From Eledone cirrhosa (lineage: Eukaryota), in contig CAXHJY010000481.1 in assembly GCA_964016885.1 (NCBI GenBank), forward strand, positions 1 through 64,000: DNA of 64,000 nucleotides. Direction: 5' to 3'. Each line of letters opens with the position of its first letter. The stretch's first letter is position 1. The position numbers were made by a program, and so were the translations under genes. This document shows, piece by piece, positions 15,990 through 28,484 of the stretch. The notes below the pieces were generated by a model that made no database searches, was not told the DNA's origin, and saw nothing but the letters and a program-made list of their open reading frames with translations.

Positions 15990-16048
15990 GTAAGGGTTCG
16001 TTTTCTTTCTATTCAATTTGAAAAATTTGATGTCGTCTTTGTTTAAAG

Positions 16049-18641
16049 CAGAGGTCGGCATCTTCATTGCCTCCACGGGCCGGACCGAGTATTAATGACG
16101 GATAGGGGGCCGGACGAAGGCCATAAAAGAATAATTATGGAAAATTACACAAGCTAAAATTTAATCACGACTGTTAACACTTAAAAATAATTTATATTAA
16201 CCACAGATGAATGTAGTAATGCGACGAATTTTTAATTGTGTTTTTGCTGACAAAGGTTTCACATCCGGTTAGTGGTGGACATTAGGTGGAGTGAATCAGT
16301 GGTGGTGTGGTGGACATTAGGTAGAGTAAATCAGTGGTGGTGTGGTGGACATTAGGTGGAGTGAATCAGTGGTGGTGTGGTGGACATTAGGTAGAGTAAA
16401 TCAGTGGTGGTGTGGTGGACATTAGGTGGAGTGAATCAGTGGTGGTGTGGTGGACATTAGGTAGAGTAAATCAGTGGTGGTGTGGTGGACATTAGGTGGA
16501 GTGAATCAGTGGTGGTGTGGTGGACATTAGGTAGAGTAAATCAGTGGTGGTGGGTGGACATTAGGTGGAGTGAATCAGTGGTGGTGTGGTGGACATTAGG
16601 TGGAGTGAATCAGTGGTGGTGTGGTGGACATTAGGTAGAGTAAATCAGTGGTGGTGTGGTGGACATTAGGTGGAGTGAATCAGTGGTGGTGTGGTGGACA
16701 TTAGGTAGAGTAAATCAGTGGTGGTGTGGTGGACATTAGGTGGAGTGAATCAGTGGTGGTGTGGTGGACATTAGGTGGAGTGAATCAGTGGTGGTGTGGT
16801 GACATTAGGTGGAGTAAATCAGTGGTGGTGTGGTGGACATTAGGTGGAGTGAATCAGTGGTGGTGGACATTAGGTGGAGTGAATCAGTGGTGGTGTGGTG
16901 ACATTAGTGGAGTGAATCAGTGGTGGTGTGGTGGACATTAGGTAGAGTAAATCAGTGGTGGTGTGGTGGACATTAGGTGGAGTGAATCAGTGGTGGTGTG
17001 GTGGACATTAGGTAGAGTAAATCAGTGGTGGTGTGGTGGACATTAGGTGGAGTAAATCAGTGGTGGTGTGGTGGACATTAGTGGAGTGAATCAGTGGTGG
17101 TGTGGTGGACATTAGGTAGAGTAAATCAGTGGTGGTGTGGTGGACGTTAGGTGGAGTAAATCAGTGGTGGTGTGGTGGACATTAGGTAGAGTGAATCAGT
17201 GGTGGTGTGGTGGACATTAGGTGGAGTGAATCAGTGGTGGTGTGGTGGACATTAGGTAGAGTGAATCAGTGGTGGTGTGGTGGACATTAGGTGGAGTGAA
17301 TCAGTGGTGGTGTGGTGGACATTAGGTGGAGTGAATCAGTGGTGGTGTGGTGGACATTAGGTAGAGTAAATCAGTGGTGGTGTGGTGGACATTAGGTGGA
17401 GTGAATCAGTGGTGGTGGACATTAGGTGGAGTGAATCAGTGGTGGTGTGGTGGACATTAGGTGGAGTGAATCAGTGGTGGTGTGGTGGACATTAGGTAGA
17501 GTAAATCAGTGGTGGTGTGGTGGACATTAGGTGGAGTGAATCAGTGGTGGTGGACATTAGGTGGAGTGAATCAGTGGTGGTGTGGTGGACATTAGGTGGA
17601 GTGAATCAGTGGTGGTGTGGTGGACATTAGGTAGAGTAAATCAGTGGTGGTGGACATTAGGTGGAGTGAATCAGTGGTGGTGTGGTGGACATTAGGTGGA
17701 GTGAATCAGTGGTGGTGGACATTAGGTGGAGTGAATCAGTGGTGGTGGACATTAGGTGGAGTGAATCAGTGGTGGTTTGGTGGACATTAGGTAGAGTAAA
17801 TCAGTGGTGGTGTGGTGGACATTAGGTGGAGTGAATCAGTGGTGGTGTGGTGGACATTAGGTGGAGTGAATCAGTGGTGGTGTGGTGGACATTGGGTGGA
17901 GTGAATCAGTGGTGGTGTGGTGGACATTAGGTAGAGTGAATCAGTGGTTGTGTGGTGGACATTAGGTGGAGTGGATCAGTGGTGGTGTGGTGGACATTAG
18001 GTGGAGTGAATCAGTGGTGGTGTGGTGGACATTAGGTGGAGTGGATCAGTGGTGGTGTGGTGGACATTAGGTGGAGTGGATCAGTGGTGGTGGACATTAG
18101 GTAGAGTGAATCAGTGGTGGTGTGGTGGATATTAGGTAGAGTGGATCAGTGGTGGTGTGGTGGACATTAGGTAGAGTGGATCAGTGGTGGTGTGGTGGAT
18201 ATTAGGTAGAGTGAATCAGTGGTTGTGTGGTGGACATTAGGTGGAGTGAATCAGTGGTGGTGTGGTGGACATTAGGTAGATCGGATCAGTGGTGGTGTGG
18301 TGGACATTAGGTGGAGTGAATCAGTGGTGGTGTGGTGGACATTAGGTAGATCGGATCAGTGGTGGTGTGGTGGACATTAGGTGGAGTGAATCAGTGGTGG
18401 TGTGGTGGACATTAGGTGGAGTGAATCAGTGGTGGTGTGGTGGACATTAGGTGGAGTGAATCAGAAGATTTGTGGAAGAATGTAACAGCGGGACTTTTAC
18501 TGTATTCGAAAGTCTCGTCTCTCATATTACAATAAATTTAAATTTTAAATAAACAACTCATTGGACATTAGTTCTCGCGAACCGGTCAAAATCCCTTCGC
18601 GGGCCGCATCCGAGCCGCGGGTTGTAGGTTGCCGACCCCTG
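16049..18641. mobile_element. Non-autonomous hAT (Charlie-like) element carrying an internal minisatellite
   Basis: TIRs CAGAGGTCGGCA / TGCCGACCCCTG, subterminal CGGGCCG motifs, 8-bp TSD GTTTAAAG / GTTTAAGG. Confidence 0.8.
16270..18463 (+). repeat. 35-bp minisatellite (about 60 units) with alternating variants giving a 70-bp higher-order unit
   Basis: gtggtggtgtggtggacattaggt(g/a)gagt(g/a)aatca. Confidence 0.95.
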
Positions 18642-18724
18642 GTTTAAGGGAAAGTGGTTTGATTTGAGACGATATATTAAAATTAAAACAGCCACATCGT
18701 GGAAAAACACAAATAAAAACTGGT

Positions 18725-19395
18725 AATAGTGGTTTCTGATATAAGTACAAGGTCAACACTTTTAGGAGAGGGGAAAGTCGATTAAATAGTAGACCCCAGT
18801 ATGTTACTGGTACTTTATTTTATAGAATCATTATTATAATAATTGTTTCTACTTTTGGCTCAAGGCCAGCAATTATCCAATGTTTTACTGGCACTTTATT
18901 TTATCGACCCCGTAAGAATGAAAGGCAAAGTTAACCTCGGCGTCAAAGCATGGCGTCCGACCCTCCACCAATACTGCCAATCCACCGAATCCTTATTATA
19001 GTAAGCAATTATCCCACTGTTACTTTATTTTATCGACCCCGTAAGGATGAAAGGCAAAGTTAAGTTCAAAACCAGTCGAGGTTAATTTTGCCTTTCATCC
19101 TTGCGGGGTCGATAAAATAAAGTACCAGTAATGCACTAGGATAATTGCTGGCCTTGTGCCAAAAGTAGAAGCAATTATTATAATAATGGTTTCTTATATA
19201 GGCACAAGGCCAGCAATTTTGAGGGAGGGGAAAGTCGATTAAATCGACACCAGTGCGTCACTGGTACTTTATTTTATCGACCCCGTAAGGATGAAAGGCA
19301 AAGTTAACCTCGGCGGGATTTGAGCTCAGATCATAAATGGTAAATGGCCATAACTCTATCCGACCCTCCACCGATACTGCCAATCCACCGCCCTA
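18725..19395. mobile_element. Cluster of SINE copies in both orientations directly upstream of the S3-S4 exon
   Basis: The SINE core appears about 4 times; sense copy at about 19075-19175, antisense copies on either side. Confidence 0.8.
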
Positions 19396-19428
19396 ACAAT
19401 TATTATAATAATTATTATTATTTTGCAG

Positions 19429-19567
19429 GTTTTTGATGCGTTTATTGTGATCGCTTCTTTCGCCCTGGATTTTGTGTTCCTGGACAGCCAATGGTATGAG
19501 ACGGGTAAAGATGCAAGTACTATTCTGGTTTTGTTGCTCCCTTGGCGCGTCGTTCGGATAGTAAACA
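19429..19567 (+). CDS. HVCN1: Hv channel exon: S3 and S4 (VFDAFIVIASFALDFVFLDSQWYETGKDASTILVLLLPWRVVRIVN)
   Basis: TTTTGCAG acceptor, A|GTAAGT donor, 139 nt; S3 D..IV..SF.LD motif and S4 WRxxRIxN signature of Hv channels. Confidence 0.93.
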
Positions 19568-19796
19568 GTAAGTGAAACATACAGCGTCTCTTGTTGTTGT
19601 TACACACTCGTGTGTGTGTGTTTATGTCTGTGTATATATATAATACTTTTCTCTTTCCCTTCATCTACCTACATATTTATCTATCTTTCTGGCAACCAAT
19701 AAATCTATCTTTCTATCTATCTACCTAATCATTTATCTCTCTCTATATATATATATATATAATATAAGATCAAAAGATGGTTAAAAGAGTTCCAAG

Positions 19797-19867
19797 TATT
19801 TTATTATGCGCATTTCAAAAACAAATATCATCATGAGATGATATCTGCGTTTTCATCAGATAAAATA
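19797..19867 (-). ncRNA. Minimal type I hammerhead ribozyme in the 3' pLTR
   Basis: Minus strand: tattttat CTGATGA [stem II] GAAA tgcgca TA ataaaata. Confidence 0.8.
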
Positions 19868-21016
19868 GGGATACATGATATGAAGGTTAAAAAACACTTG
19901 TGAATAGTGAAGTTTTAAATCAACATATGAAAAATAATTTAAGATTGATGTATGAGATTGGGAAAAAGTGATGGGGGTGGAAAAGGTAAGGAAGAGGAGG
20001 AGATGAGAGTAAAGAATGGTGGGGAGGAGTATAAGAAGGAAGGATGAGAGAGGAGGAGAGATGGGTGATAGAGAGAGAGAGATAGCCTTTACAACTGAGA
20101 AAAATATATATTGTCTCACAGAGAGAAGTTAAAAAGCCGTTGGAAGATAATAGATAATTTAAAAGAATTTGAAATTAAAAGTTGATGAAGAGAAAAAAAG
20201 GGGTTAAGAATAATATTAAATTAAGGTTTGTATATTGAAGGGTTTAATAATATGTGCGAGGAAAAGAAATTGTTAATATGTATTATTAAAATAAAAATAT
20301 TAATGTTATTAAGGATATAATGTGAACAGAAGTAGAAGTGTGGATGAGTTATGAATTTAGAGGAATTAGTTAGTGTTTAAGTTTGTTTTTATGTAATGTA
20401 ATATGTGTGCGTAATATATGTAAATAGTTTGTTTAAAAATGAGCGCAGAAAGCAAAGAAGAAAAGAATGTTTAAGGAAGAAAATATTTAACATCAAAATA
20501 TATATGTTTACGAAATATTTTCTAATGGTAATAATATAATATATTAAAGGAAATTAGTTAGGGTTTAAGTTTGTTTTTATGTATTGTAATATGTAAAAGT
20601 CAAACGAGCATGAAAGGAAGAGATAAGGAACTTAAGGAAGAAAAATCTAACGTCAAAAAATGTTTATGTTTACGAAGGACTATTAAAGGTAATACTATAA
20701 TGTATTTAAAAGATAGTAATAATTTTTATGGCCAATGATATGAAGAAAGATGGAAGAGTGGATATGTTGTGGTGTGTAATAATAAGAATTGAGAAGTAGT
20801 TAGGAAGAAAAAGTACAGATTAGAGGTTAGAAATTACAAAGAGAAAGAAAAGAGGAAGAAAGGAAAGTGATAAAGAGGAATGATATTGAATGAGTAACTT
20901 GTATTATATAATATATAATAAATAATATTGAAATAAGGTAGAAAGATGGGTATATTTTAATAAAATATATATAAGCCTTTGAGAAAAAGGATTTTAAACT
21001 AGTAAAGTATTAGATA

Positions 21017-22527
21017 TTAGCTGTATACTTTATGGAATGTTCTGTGGAATTTATGCAAGCAGAGAGAAAATAAATCAGTGCGTCTATTTATTATAGAATC
21101 TAAATTAGATATAATGGTAAATTTCTCAGATAGGCAAAGATTACACGTTCTGGATAGGGAGGCATTCAAGTAGGGAGAGGCAGAACAAACTTTCCTCCAA
21201 AGGATGTTATAGTTAATATTTTTGTCTTTCAAGGACCATATGAGTTCTGAGAGTGCCGTGTTAGTTCTTTTAAGTTGGTATCTAAAAGACGAATTGTGAT
21301 GATAAAATCTCACTTTGAATGAGGTGGAAGTGGAACCGAAATAGGTAAAGGAATTGGTATCAGTTATAACCTTACATTCATAGACTAAGTTTTTTTCAAG
21401 ACAATGGTTATTGAGAGGACATTTAGTCTTAACAGGGCAATTACAATTGCGATTAGAGAAATTAACAGAGTTATTAACAAGTGACCTAGTGTTATGTATA
21501 GGAGGAATTGGATTGGAGAAGTTATTTACGATAGGAATAATAGTTTCCTGATTTAGATTGGTATTATGAACATTCAACGAAGTTACGTTTGACGTCGTAT
21601 TTGAGTTTGCAGAATCTAGCCTAGAGTTAACAATGACGTCGGGAGTACTACTGCTATTATTATGACACTTAGTGTTGGAAGGATGTGATTTAATATTTAA
21701 TATTTTATTGTTGTGTTTAGAGATAATGTTGGAGATGTTGGAGGAGGTGGAATAGGAAAATTTTATTGTATGTTTGTTAAATATTTTACTATAGATATGT
21801 GAGGGAGGGAAGCATTTATCTAAGGCCCTAAAGAATAGTTTAGGAATATTATTATTAATAGAAATATAGAAAGGAGCATTATACCAGATTATATTTTTGT
21901 ATCTAGGTCTTTTATTTAAGTTATTGGAATGATCATAATTAATTATTTTACTGTAAGACCTTCTAGGATTGGTTTCTTTATTGTATTTAATTTTATCAGG
22001 ATAACCGGCTTTAGAAAGCGCATTATTATAGTAATTGGCGTTAGCATCAAAGATATTTTTATTAGAGGATAGGTTTGATATTCTTTTTCCAATATTACTA
22101 ACTATAGCATTTTTAATGTTAGTGGGATGGTTAGATTTAAAATTAACATAATTTAGATTCTCATTGTTTTTATGGTAAGGGTATTATAGGCCAGTGTCAA
22201 GATTAAGGGATATATCCAAGAAGTTAGCTAGTTTGACGTTGTTATCAAATTCGATTTTAAGGTTATGTTGCTTAAAGAGATCACGTATATTGTTCTTAAT
22301 AATATTAAGGTTAACTAAATTGCAATTTAAGATAGTAAAAAGTCCATTGTCACGATTCCACCGCGAAGTTGAGGAATTATCCGATTTAAAGAATTCAAAA
22401 TAAAAATACCAATCAAATCAGTCAATTGCGATGAATCAGAAGCACCCATTGTGATATCAAAGTTGTTGGAGGTATCAGCTCTAGTCCAGTATTCATTGTT
22501 GAATTCTAAGATGGTTTTTCCTCGCAC
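21017..22527 (-). pseudogene. Disrupted PLE ORF: C-terminal RT/thumb + linker + GIY-YIG endonuclease
   Basis: Frameshift near 22357 in the YxDD region, in-frame TAA at 22184-22186, then open from 22183 to the stop at 21017; LVY..V....TYFGST...FKVRFYHH GIY-YIG motif. Confidence 0.88.
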
Positions 22528-22921
22528 ATATTATTAAACCCTTCAATATACAAACCTTAATTTAATATTATTCTTAACCCCTTTTTCTCTTCATCAACTT
22601 TTAATTTCAAATTCTTTTAAATTATCTATTATCTTCCAACGGCTTTTTAACTTCTCTCTGTGAGACAATATATATTTTTCTCAGTTGTAAAAGCTCTCTC
22701 TCTCTCTATCACCCATCTCTCCTCCTCTCTCATCCTTCCTTCTTATACTCCTCCCCCGCCATTCTTTACTGTCATCTCCTCCTCTTCCTTACCCTTTCCA
22801 ACCGCCCCCCCCCCCCCTCACTTTTTCCCAATATCACACATCAATCTTAAATTATTTTTCATATGTTGATTTAAAACTTCACTATTCACAAGTGTTTTTT
22901 AACCTTCATATCATGTATCCC

Positions 22922-22992
22922 TATTTTATCTGATGAAAACGCAGATATCATCCCATGATGATATTTGTTTTTGAAATGCGCATAATAAAATA
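22922..22992 (+). ncRNA. Minimal type I hammerhead ribozyme in the inverted pLTR (sense to the channel pre-mRNA)
   Basis: tattttat CTGATGA aaacgcagatatcatc..atgatgatatttgttttt GAAA tgcgca TA ataaaata: 8-bp stem I and palindromic stem III. Confidence 0.8.
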
Positions 22993-23117
22993 CTTGGAAT
23001 TCTTTTAACCATCTTTTGATCTTATATTATTTATACTCCAGTCCTACAAACTGTAGAGTGCTACTTATCCGATATTTGCATTGTTTTATTGTGCTACAAT
23101 AAAACTCACCTCCTACA

Positions 23118-23182
<65 letters not shown>

Positions 23183-23318
23183 AAATAAATGTAATCTGAG
23201 TTTTTCGAATATTAATAATAATATTCGATTCGTTTGCAATTGTGTAGACAGCCCCCTTTTTAAAGCCATGTCAGTAGAATGAGCCCCTCATTCCTGCTCC
23301 TGTGTTGGCATGTAAACA

Positions 23319-23368
23319 GAACTGTAGACACCAATGTTTCTGGATATCACCCTTCATCAGTGCAGTTC
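23319..23368 (-). ncRNA. Hammerhead with GUC cleavage triplet
   Basis: gaactgca CTGATGA agggtgatatcca GAAA cattggtg TC tacagttc. Confidence 0.65.
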
Positions 23369-23378
23369 ACCTGCCAAC

Positions 23379-23428
<50 letters not shown>

Positions 23429-23470
23429 GCCTGTAACTATCGACCTCTCTACCTAACTATTTATCTATCT

Positions 23471-23960
23471 ACCCTCCTTCAAAAACGATGGAGAGGCCGT
23501 TTTCCTATGTGTTATGGCTATGGTGAAAAAGGTTATATGGTGGACTAGGTTAAAAGGACTGAGGTCAGACACCTTTCTCTCCGGCGAGCAACTGATTCGT
23601 TTTTTAAATATCATTTTGGAAGAAGAATCAGGATGGAGAGAGAGGTGCTGTACCCCAGCAAATTTTATAAAAGGTGGGTGAATGTGGCAAAGATGGCCCG
23701 AGTGGTTGGGCCTTCTCTCTATATGTAGGTTGAGGAAAAAGAGGAAGAGAGGAAGGGAGTACTCACTCTTGGAGCTCCTGGAGATGAGTGTAGTACATTT
23801 TTTCGAGGTGTGTACAACCCCTGTGTAACGCCTTCCCCCTATTGGGGATTTCAATTGTTATTTGTTATTTTATTAATAGTTTTATTTTCATATACCTGTA
23901 TATAAACTCCCCATTTGTATTTGTCCCCTTATTTTGTGTCCTTGTGGCTAATAAAGAAAT
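23471..23960 (+). mobile_element. 3' end of an L1/Tx1-like LINE inserted in (ATCT)n
   Basis: Frameshifted peptide AVFLCVMAMVKKVIWWTRLKG...RRIRMERE...FYKRW resembles a Tx1 ORF2 C-terminus; AATAAA at 23950 then (ATCT)n; TATCTATCTA on the 5' flank. Confidence 0.6.
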
Positions 23961-23984
23961 CTATCTATCTATCCATCTATCCAG

Positions 23985-24100
23985 GTTTCCTTATGACTGT
24001 CAACAGGAAACACCACATAGAAATAATGACTGTAAGAAAATCCAAGAAGAAAGCAGACATGAAAATCATTAAATTACAGGCACTGATAAACGAAATCACA
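23985..24100 (+). CDS. HVCN1: Hv channel exon: post-S4 helix / coiled coil ((S)FLMTVNRKHHIEIMTVRKSKKKADMKIIKLQALINEIT)
   Basis: CCAG acceptor, GTAAGT donor, 116 nt; phase 1 completes AGT (Ser) with the previous exon; heptad-like sequence. Confidence 0.87.
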
Positions 24101-24134
24101 GTAAGTAGTCGGAATTGAAACATTCATTAGGACT

Positions 24135-25200
24135 AACACTACTGTACTATACTGTACTGTACTATACTGTACTGTACTGTACTGTACTACATTATACTAT
24201 ACTGTACTGTACTGTACTATACTATACTGTACTCTACTTACTGTACTGTACTGTACTGTACTGTACTGTACTACATTATACTATACTGTACTATACTGTA
24301 CTGTACTATACTATACTGTACTGTACTGTACTATACTATACTGTACTCTACTGCATTGTACTGTACTGTACTGTACTGTACTGTACTACATTATACTATA
24401 CTGTACTATACTGTACTACATTATACTATACTGTACTATTATATCATACAACACTATACTATACTACATTACACTATATTACACCACACTAGAGTACACT
24501 ACACAATACTATACTATAATAGACTATACTGTATTATACTTCACTACACTGTACTACACAACACTATACTATATCATACTACACTATAATACACTACACT
24601 ATACTACACTACACTATGATATTCCACGTTACACTATACTGTACTACACTACACTACACTACACTACACCATTCTACACCATTCTACACCATACTACACT
24701 CTACTACACCATACTACACCATATTACACCATACTACACTATACTACACTATACTACACTATACTACACTACACTACACTATACTATACTATACTATACT
24801 ACACTATACTATACTATACTACACTATACTACACTACACTATACTATACTACATTATACTGTACTATACTACACTACACTCCACTACACTACACTCCACA
24901 ACACCACACTACACCACACTACACTATACTCCACAACGCCACACTACACCACACTACACTACACTCAACAACACTACACAACACCACACCACACCACACC
25001 ACACTACACTACACTACACAACACCACACCACACCACACCACACCACACCACACCACACCACACCACACCACACCACACCACACCACACCACACCACACC
25101 ACACCACACCACACCACACCACACCACACCACACCACACCACACCACACCACACCACACCACACCACACTTCACCAAACCACACTACACCACACTAAACT
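24135..25200 (+). repeat. Pentamer satellite (ACTGT/ACTAT/ACTAC/ACACC)n
   Basis: Direct inspection. Confidence 0.95.
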
Positions 25201-25235
25201 ACTCTACATTCACGTATATTTTCCTTTTCTTCCAG

Positions 25236-25308
25236 CGAGATGTAGAGTTACTTGTAGCGCTAAGCAGAAGCCGCGGAGCCCCGGAGCATGAAATAACTGC
25301 GTGTCTTT
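25236..25308 (+). CDS. HVCN1: Hv channel exon: end of coiled coil (RDVELLVALSRSRGAPEHEITACL)
   Basis: Strong pyrimidine tract + TCCAG acceptor, T|GTAAGT donor, 73 nt, phase 0/1; resembles Hv1 EIERLNKLLRQHG. Confidence 0.85.
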
Positions 25309-25521
25309 GTAAGTATTTTACAGACGAAACTTTATTGAATTCAGACAGAAGAACCAAATTGATTGGCCGAGTCGTTAAAACAGAGGTTCTTAAAGGGGTC
25401 GTAATAAATACCACAAGGCACTTTGTACAATATTTTAATTATTCAGCCAATCCACTCTGTCGTTTGTTCTTTAATGTTTTGAATCTTTTTAGTCTTTTTT
25501 TTTTCTTGTAAATGTGTTTCG

Positions 25522-28405
25522 CTACACCACACTACACTACAATACACTACACGACACTGTACTACACTACACTACACCATACCATACTACACAACACTAC
25601 ACTACACTACACTACATTACACAACACCATACCACACCACACTACATTACACAACACCATACCACACCACACTACATCACACTACACTACAATATACTAC
25701 ACTGCACTCCACTCCATTACACTACACCACAATACACCACACTACTCTATACGATACTACACTATAATATACCACACTACAATATACTACACTGTTCTAC
25801 AACACATCACACTACACAACAATATACTACACTGCTCTACATTACACCACACTACACTACAATATACTACACCACACTACACCATATTACACTACACTAC
25901 AATATACTACACTGCTCTACATTACACCACACTACACAACAATATACTACACTGCTCTACATTACACCACACTACACAACAATATACTACACTGCTCTAC
26001 ACCACATCACACTACACTACAATATACTACATCACACTACACCACATCACACTACACTACAATATACTACACCACACTACACCACATCACACTACACTAC
26101 AATATACTACACTGCTCTACATTACACCACCCTACACTACAATATACTACACTGCACTACACCACATCACACTACACTACAATATACTACAGTGCTCTAC
26201 ATCACACTACACTACAATATACTACACTGCACTACACCACATCACACTACACTACAATATACTACACTGCTCTACATTACACCACCCTACACTACAATAT
26301 ACTACACTGCTCTACACCACATCACACTACACTACAATATACTACACTGCTCTACACCACATCACACTACACAACAATATACTACACTGCTCTACATTAC
26401 ACCACACTACACAACAATATACTACACTGCTCTACACCACATCACACTACACTACAATATACTACACTGCTCTACATTACACCACACTACACTACAATAT
26501 ACTACACTGCTCTACACCACCTCACACTACACTACAATATACTACACTGCTCTACATTACATCACACTACACAACAATATACTACACTGCTCTACATTAC
26601 ACCACACTACACTACAATATACTACACTGCTCTACATTACACCACACTACACTACAATATACTACACTGCTCTACAGCACATCACACTACACTACAATAT
26701 ACTACACTGCTCTACATTACATCACACTACACAACAATATACTACACTGCTCTACACCACATCACACTACACTACAATATACTACACTGCTCTACACCAC
26801 ATCACACTACACTACAATATACTACACTGCTCTACATTACATCACACTTCACAACAATATACTACACTGCTCTACACCACATCACACTACACTACAATAT
26901 ACTACACTGCTCTACACCACATCACACTACACTACAATATACTACACTGCTCTACATTACACCACACAACACTACAATATACTACACTGCTCTACACCAC
27001 ATCACACTACACTACAATATACTACACTGCTCTACACCACATCACACTACACTACAATATACTACACTGCTCTACATTACACCACACTACACAACAATAT
27101 ACTACACTGCTCTACATTACACCACACTACACTACAATATACTACACTGCTCTACATTACACCACACTACACTACAATATACTACATTGCACTACACCAC
27201 ATCACACTACACTACAATATACTACACTGCTCTACATTACACAACACTACACTACAATATACTACACCACACTACACCACATCACACTACACTACAATAT
27301 ACTACACTGCTCTACATTACACCACACTACACTACAATATACTACACTGCTCTACATTACACCACACTACACTACAATATACTATACTGCACTACACCAC
27401 ATCACACTACACTACAATATACTACACTGCTCTACATTACACTACACTACAATATACTACACTGCTCTACATTACACCACACTACACTACAATATACTAC
27501 ACTGCACTACACCACATCACACTACACTACAATATACTACACTGCTCTACATTACACCACACTACACTACAATATACTACACTGCTCTACATTACACCAC
27601 ACTACACTACAATATACTACACTGCTCTACACCACATCACACTACACTACAATGTACTACACTGCTCTACACCACATCACACTACACTACAATATACTAC
27701 ACTGCTCTACACCACATCACACTACACTACAATATACTACACTGCTCTACATTACACCACACTACACAACAATATACTACACTGCTCTACACCACATCAC
27801 ACTACACTACAATGTACTACACTGCTCTACACCACATCACACTACACTACAATATACTACACTGCTCTACATTACACCACACTACACTACAATATACTAC
27901 ACTGCTCTACACCACATCACACTACACTACAATATACTACACTGCTCTACATTACACCACACTACACTACAATATACTACACTGCTCTACACCACATCAC
28001 ACTACACTACAATATACTACACTGCTCTACATTACACCACACTACACTACAATATACTACACTGCTCTACATTACACCGCACTACACTACAATATACTAC
28101 ACTGCACTACATTACACCACACTACACTACAATGTACTACACTGCACTACACCACACTACACACTACACCACACTACACTCCACCACACTACACTCCACC
28201 ACACTACACTCCACCACACTACACAACACCACACTACACCACACTACACACCACCACACTACACCATACTACTCTACACGATACCACATCACACGACCCT
28301 ACCCTACAATGCACTACACTGCACTACATTACACCACACAACACTATACTATACTACCCTACACTACAATATACTACACTACACTGCACCATACCACACT
28401 ACACG
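25522..28405 (+). repeat. Pentamer-derived 40-bp satellite (actacactgc tctacattac accacactac actacaatat)
   Basis: Regular 40-bp period built from 8 pentamers. Confidence 0.95.
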
Positions 28406-28484
28406 AAATTTTACTAAACAAGGACGATAACTCCAGCTAATCCACTCCACTCAGTTATTCTATATTATTTATAATCTTTCTCAG

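Larger units (their letters stand above)
19761..23030 (-). mobile_element. 5'-truncated Penelope-like retroelement (Naiad-type) with 3' pseudo-LTR and inverted 5' pLTR copy
   Basis: RT motifs FDITMGASDSSQLTDLIG, (Y)RDNGL, NFLDISLNL, YVNFKSNHP; linker IIWYNAPF...FPPSHIYSKIFNKHTIKFSYS; GIY-YIG domain with CNC..CPL and CNLCLSEK. About 500-bp inverted repeats at 19761-20264 and 22517-23030, each holding a hammerhead motif. Confidence 0.9.

Noticed and set aside
16270-18463. 35-bp repeat array superficially like a CRISPR array
   Set aside because: No unique spacers, eukaryotic context, sits inside a hAT MITE.
21017-22527. Possible selenocysteine recoding, as reported for some Naiad elements
   Set aside because: No in-frame TGA in the retained frame; the one internal stop is TAA and no SECIS was recognised.
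25512-28440. About 970-aa H/T/Y/L-rich ORFs
   Set aside because: Open in several frames because the pentamer satellite has no stops; lies in an intron of the Hv gene.
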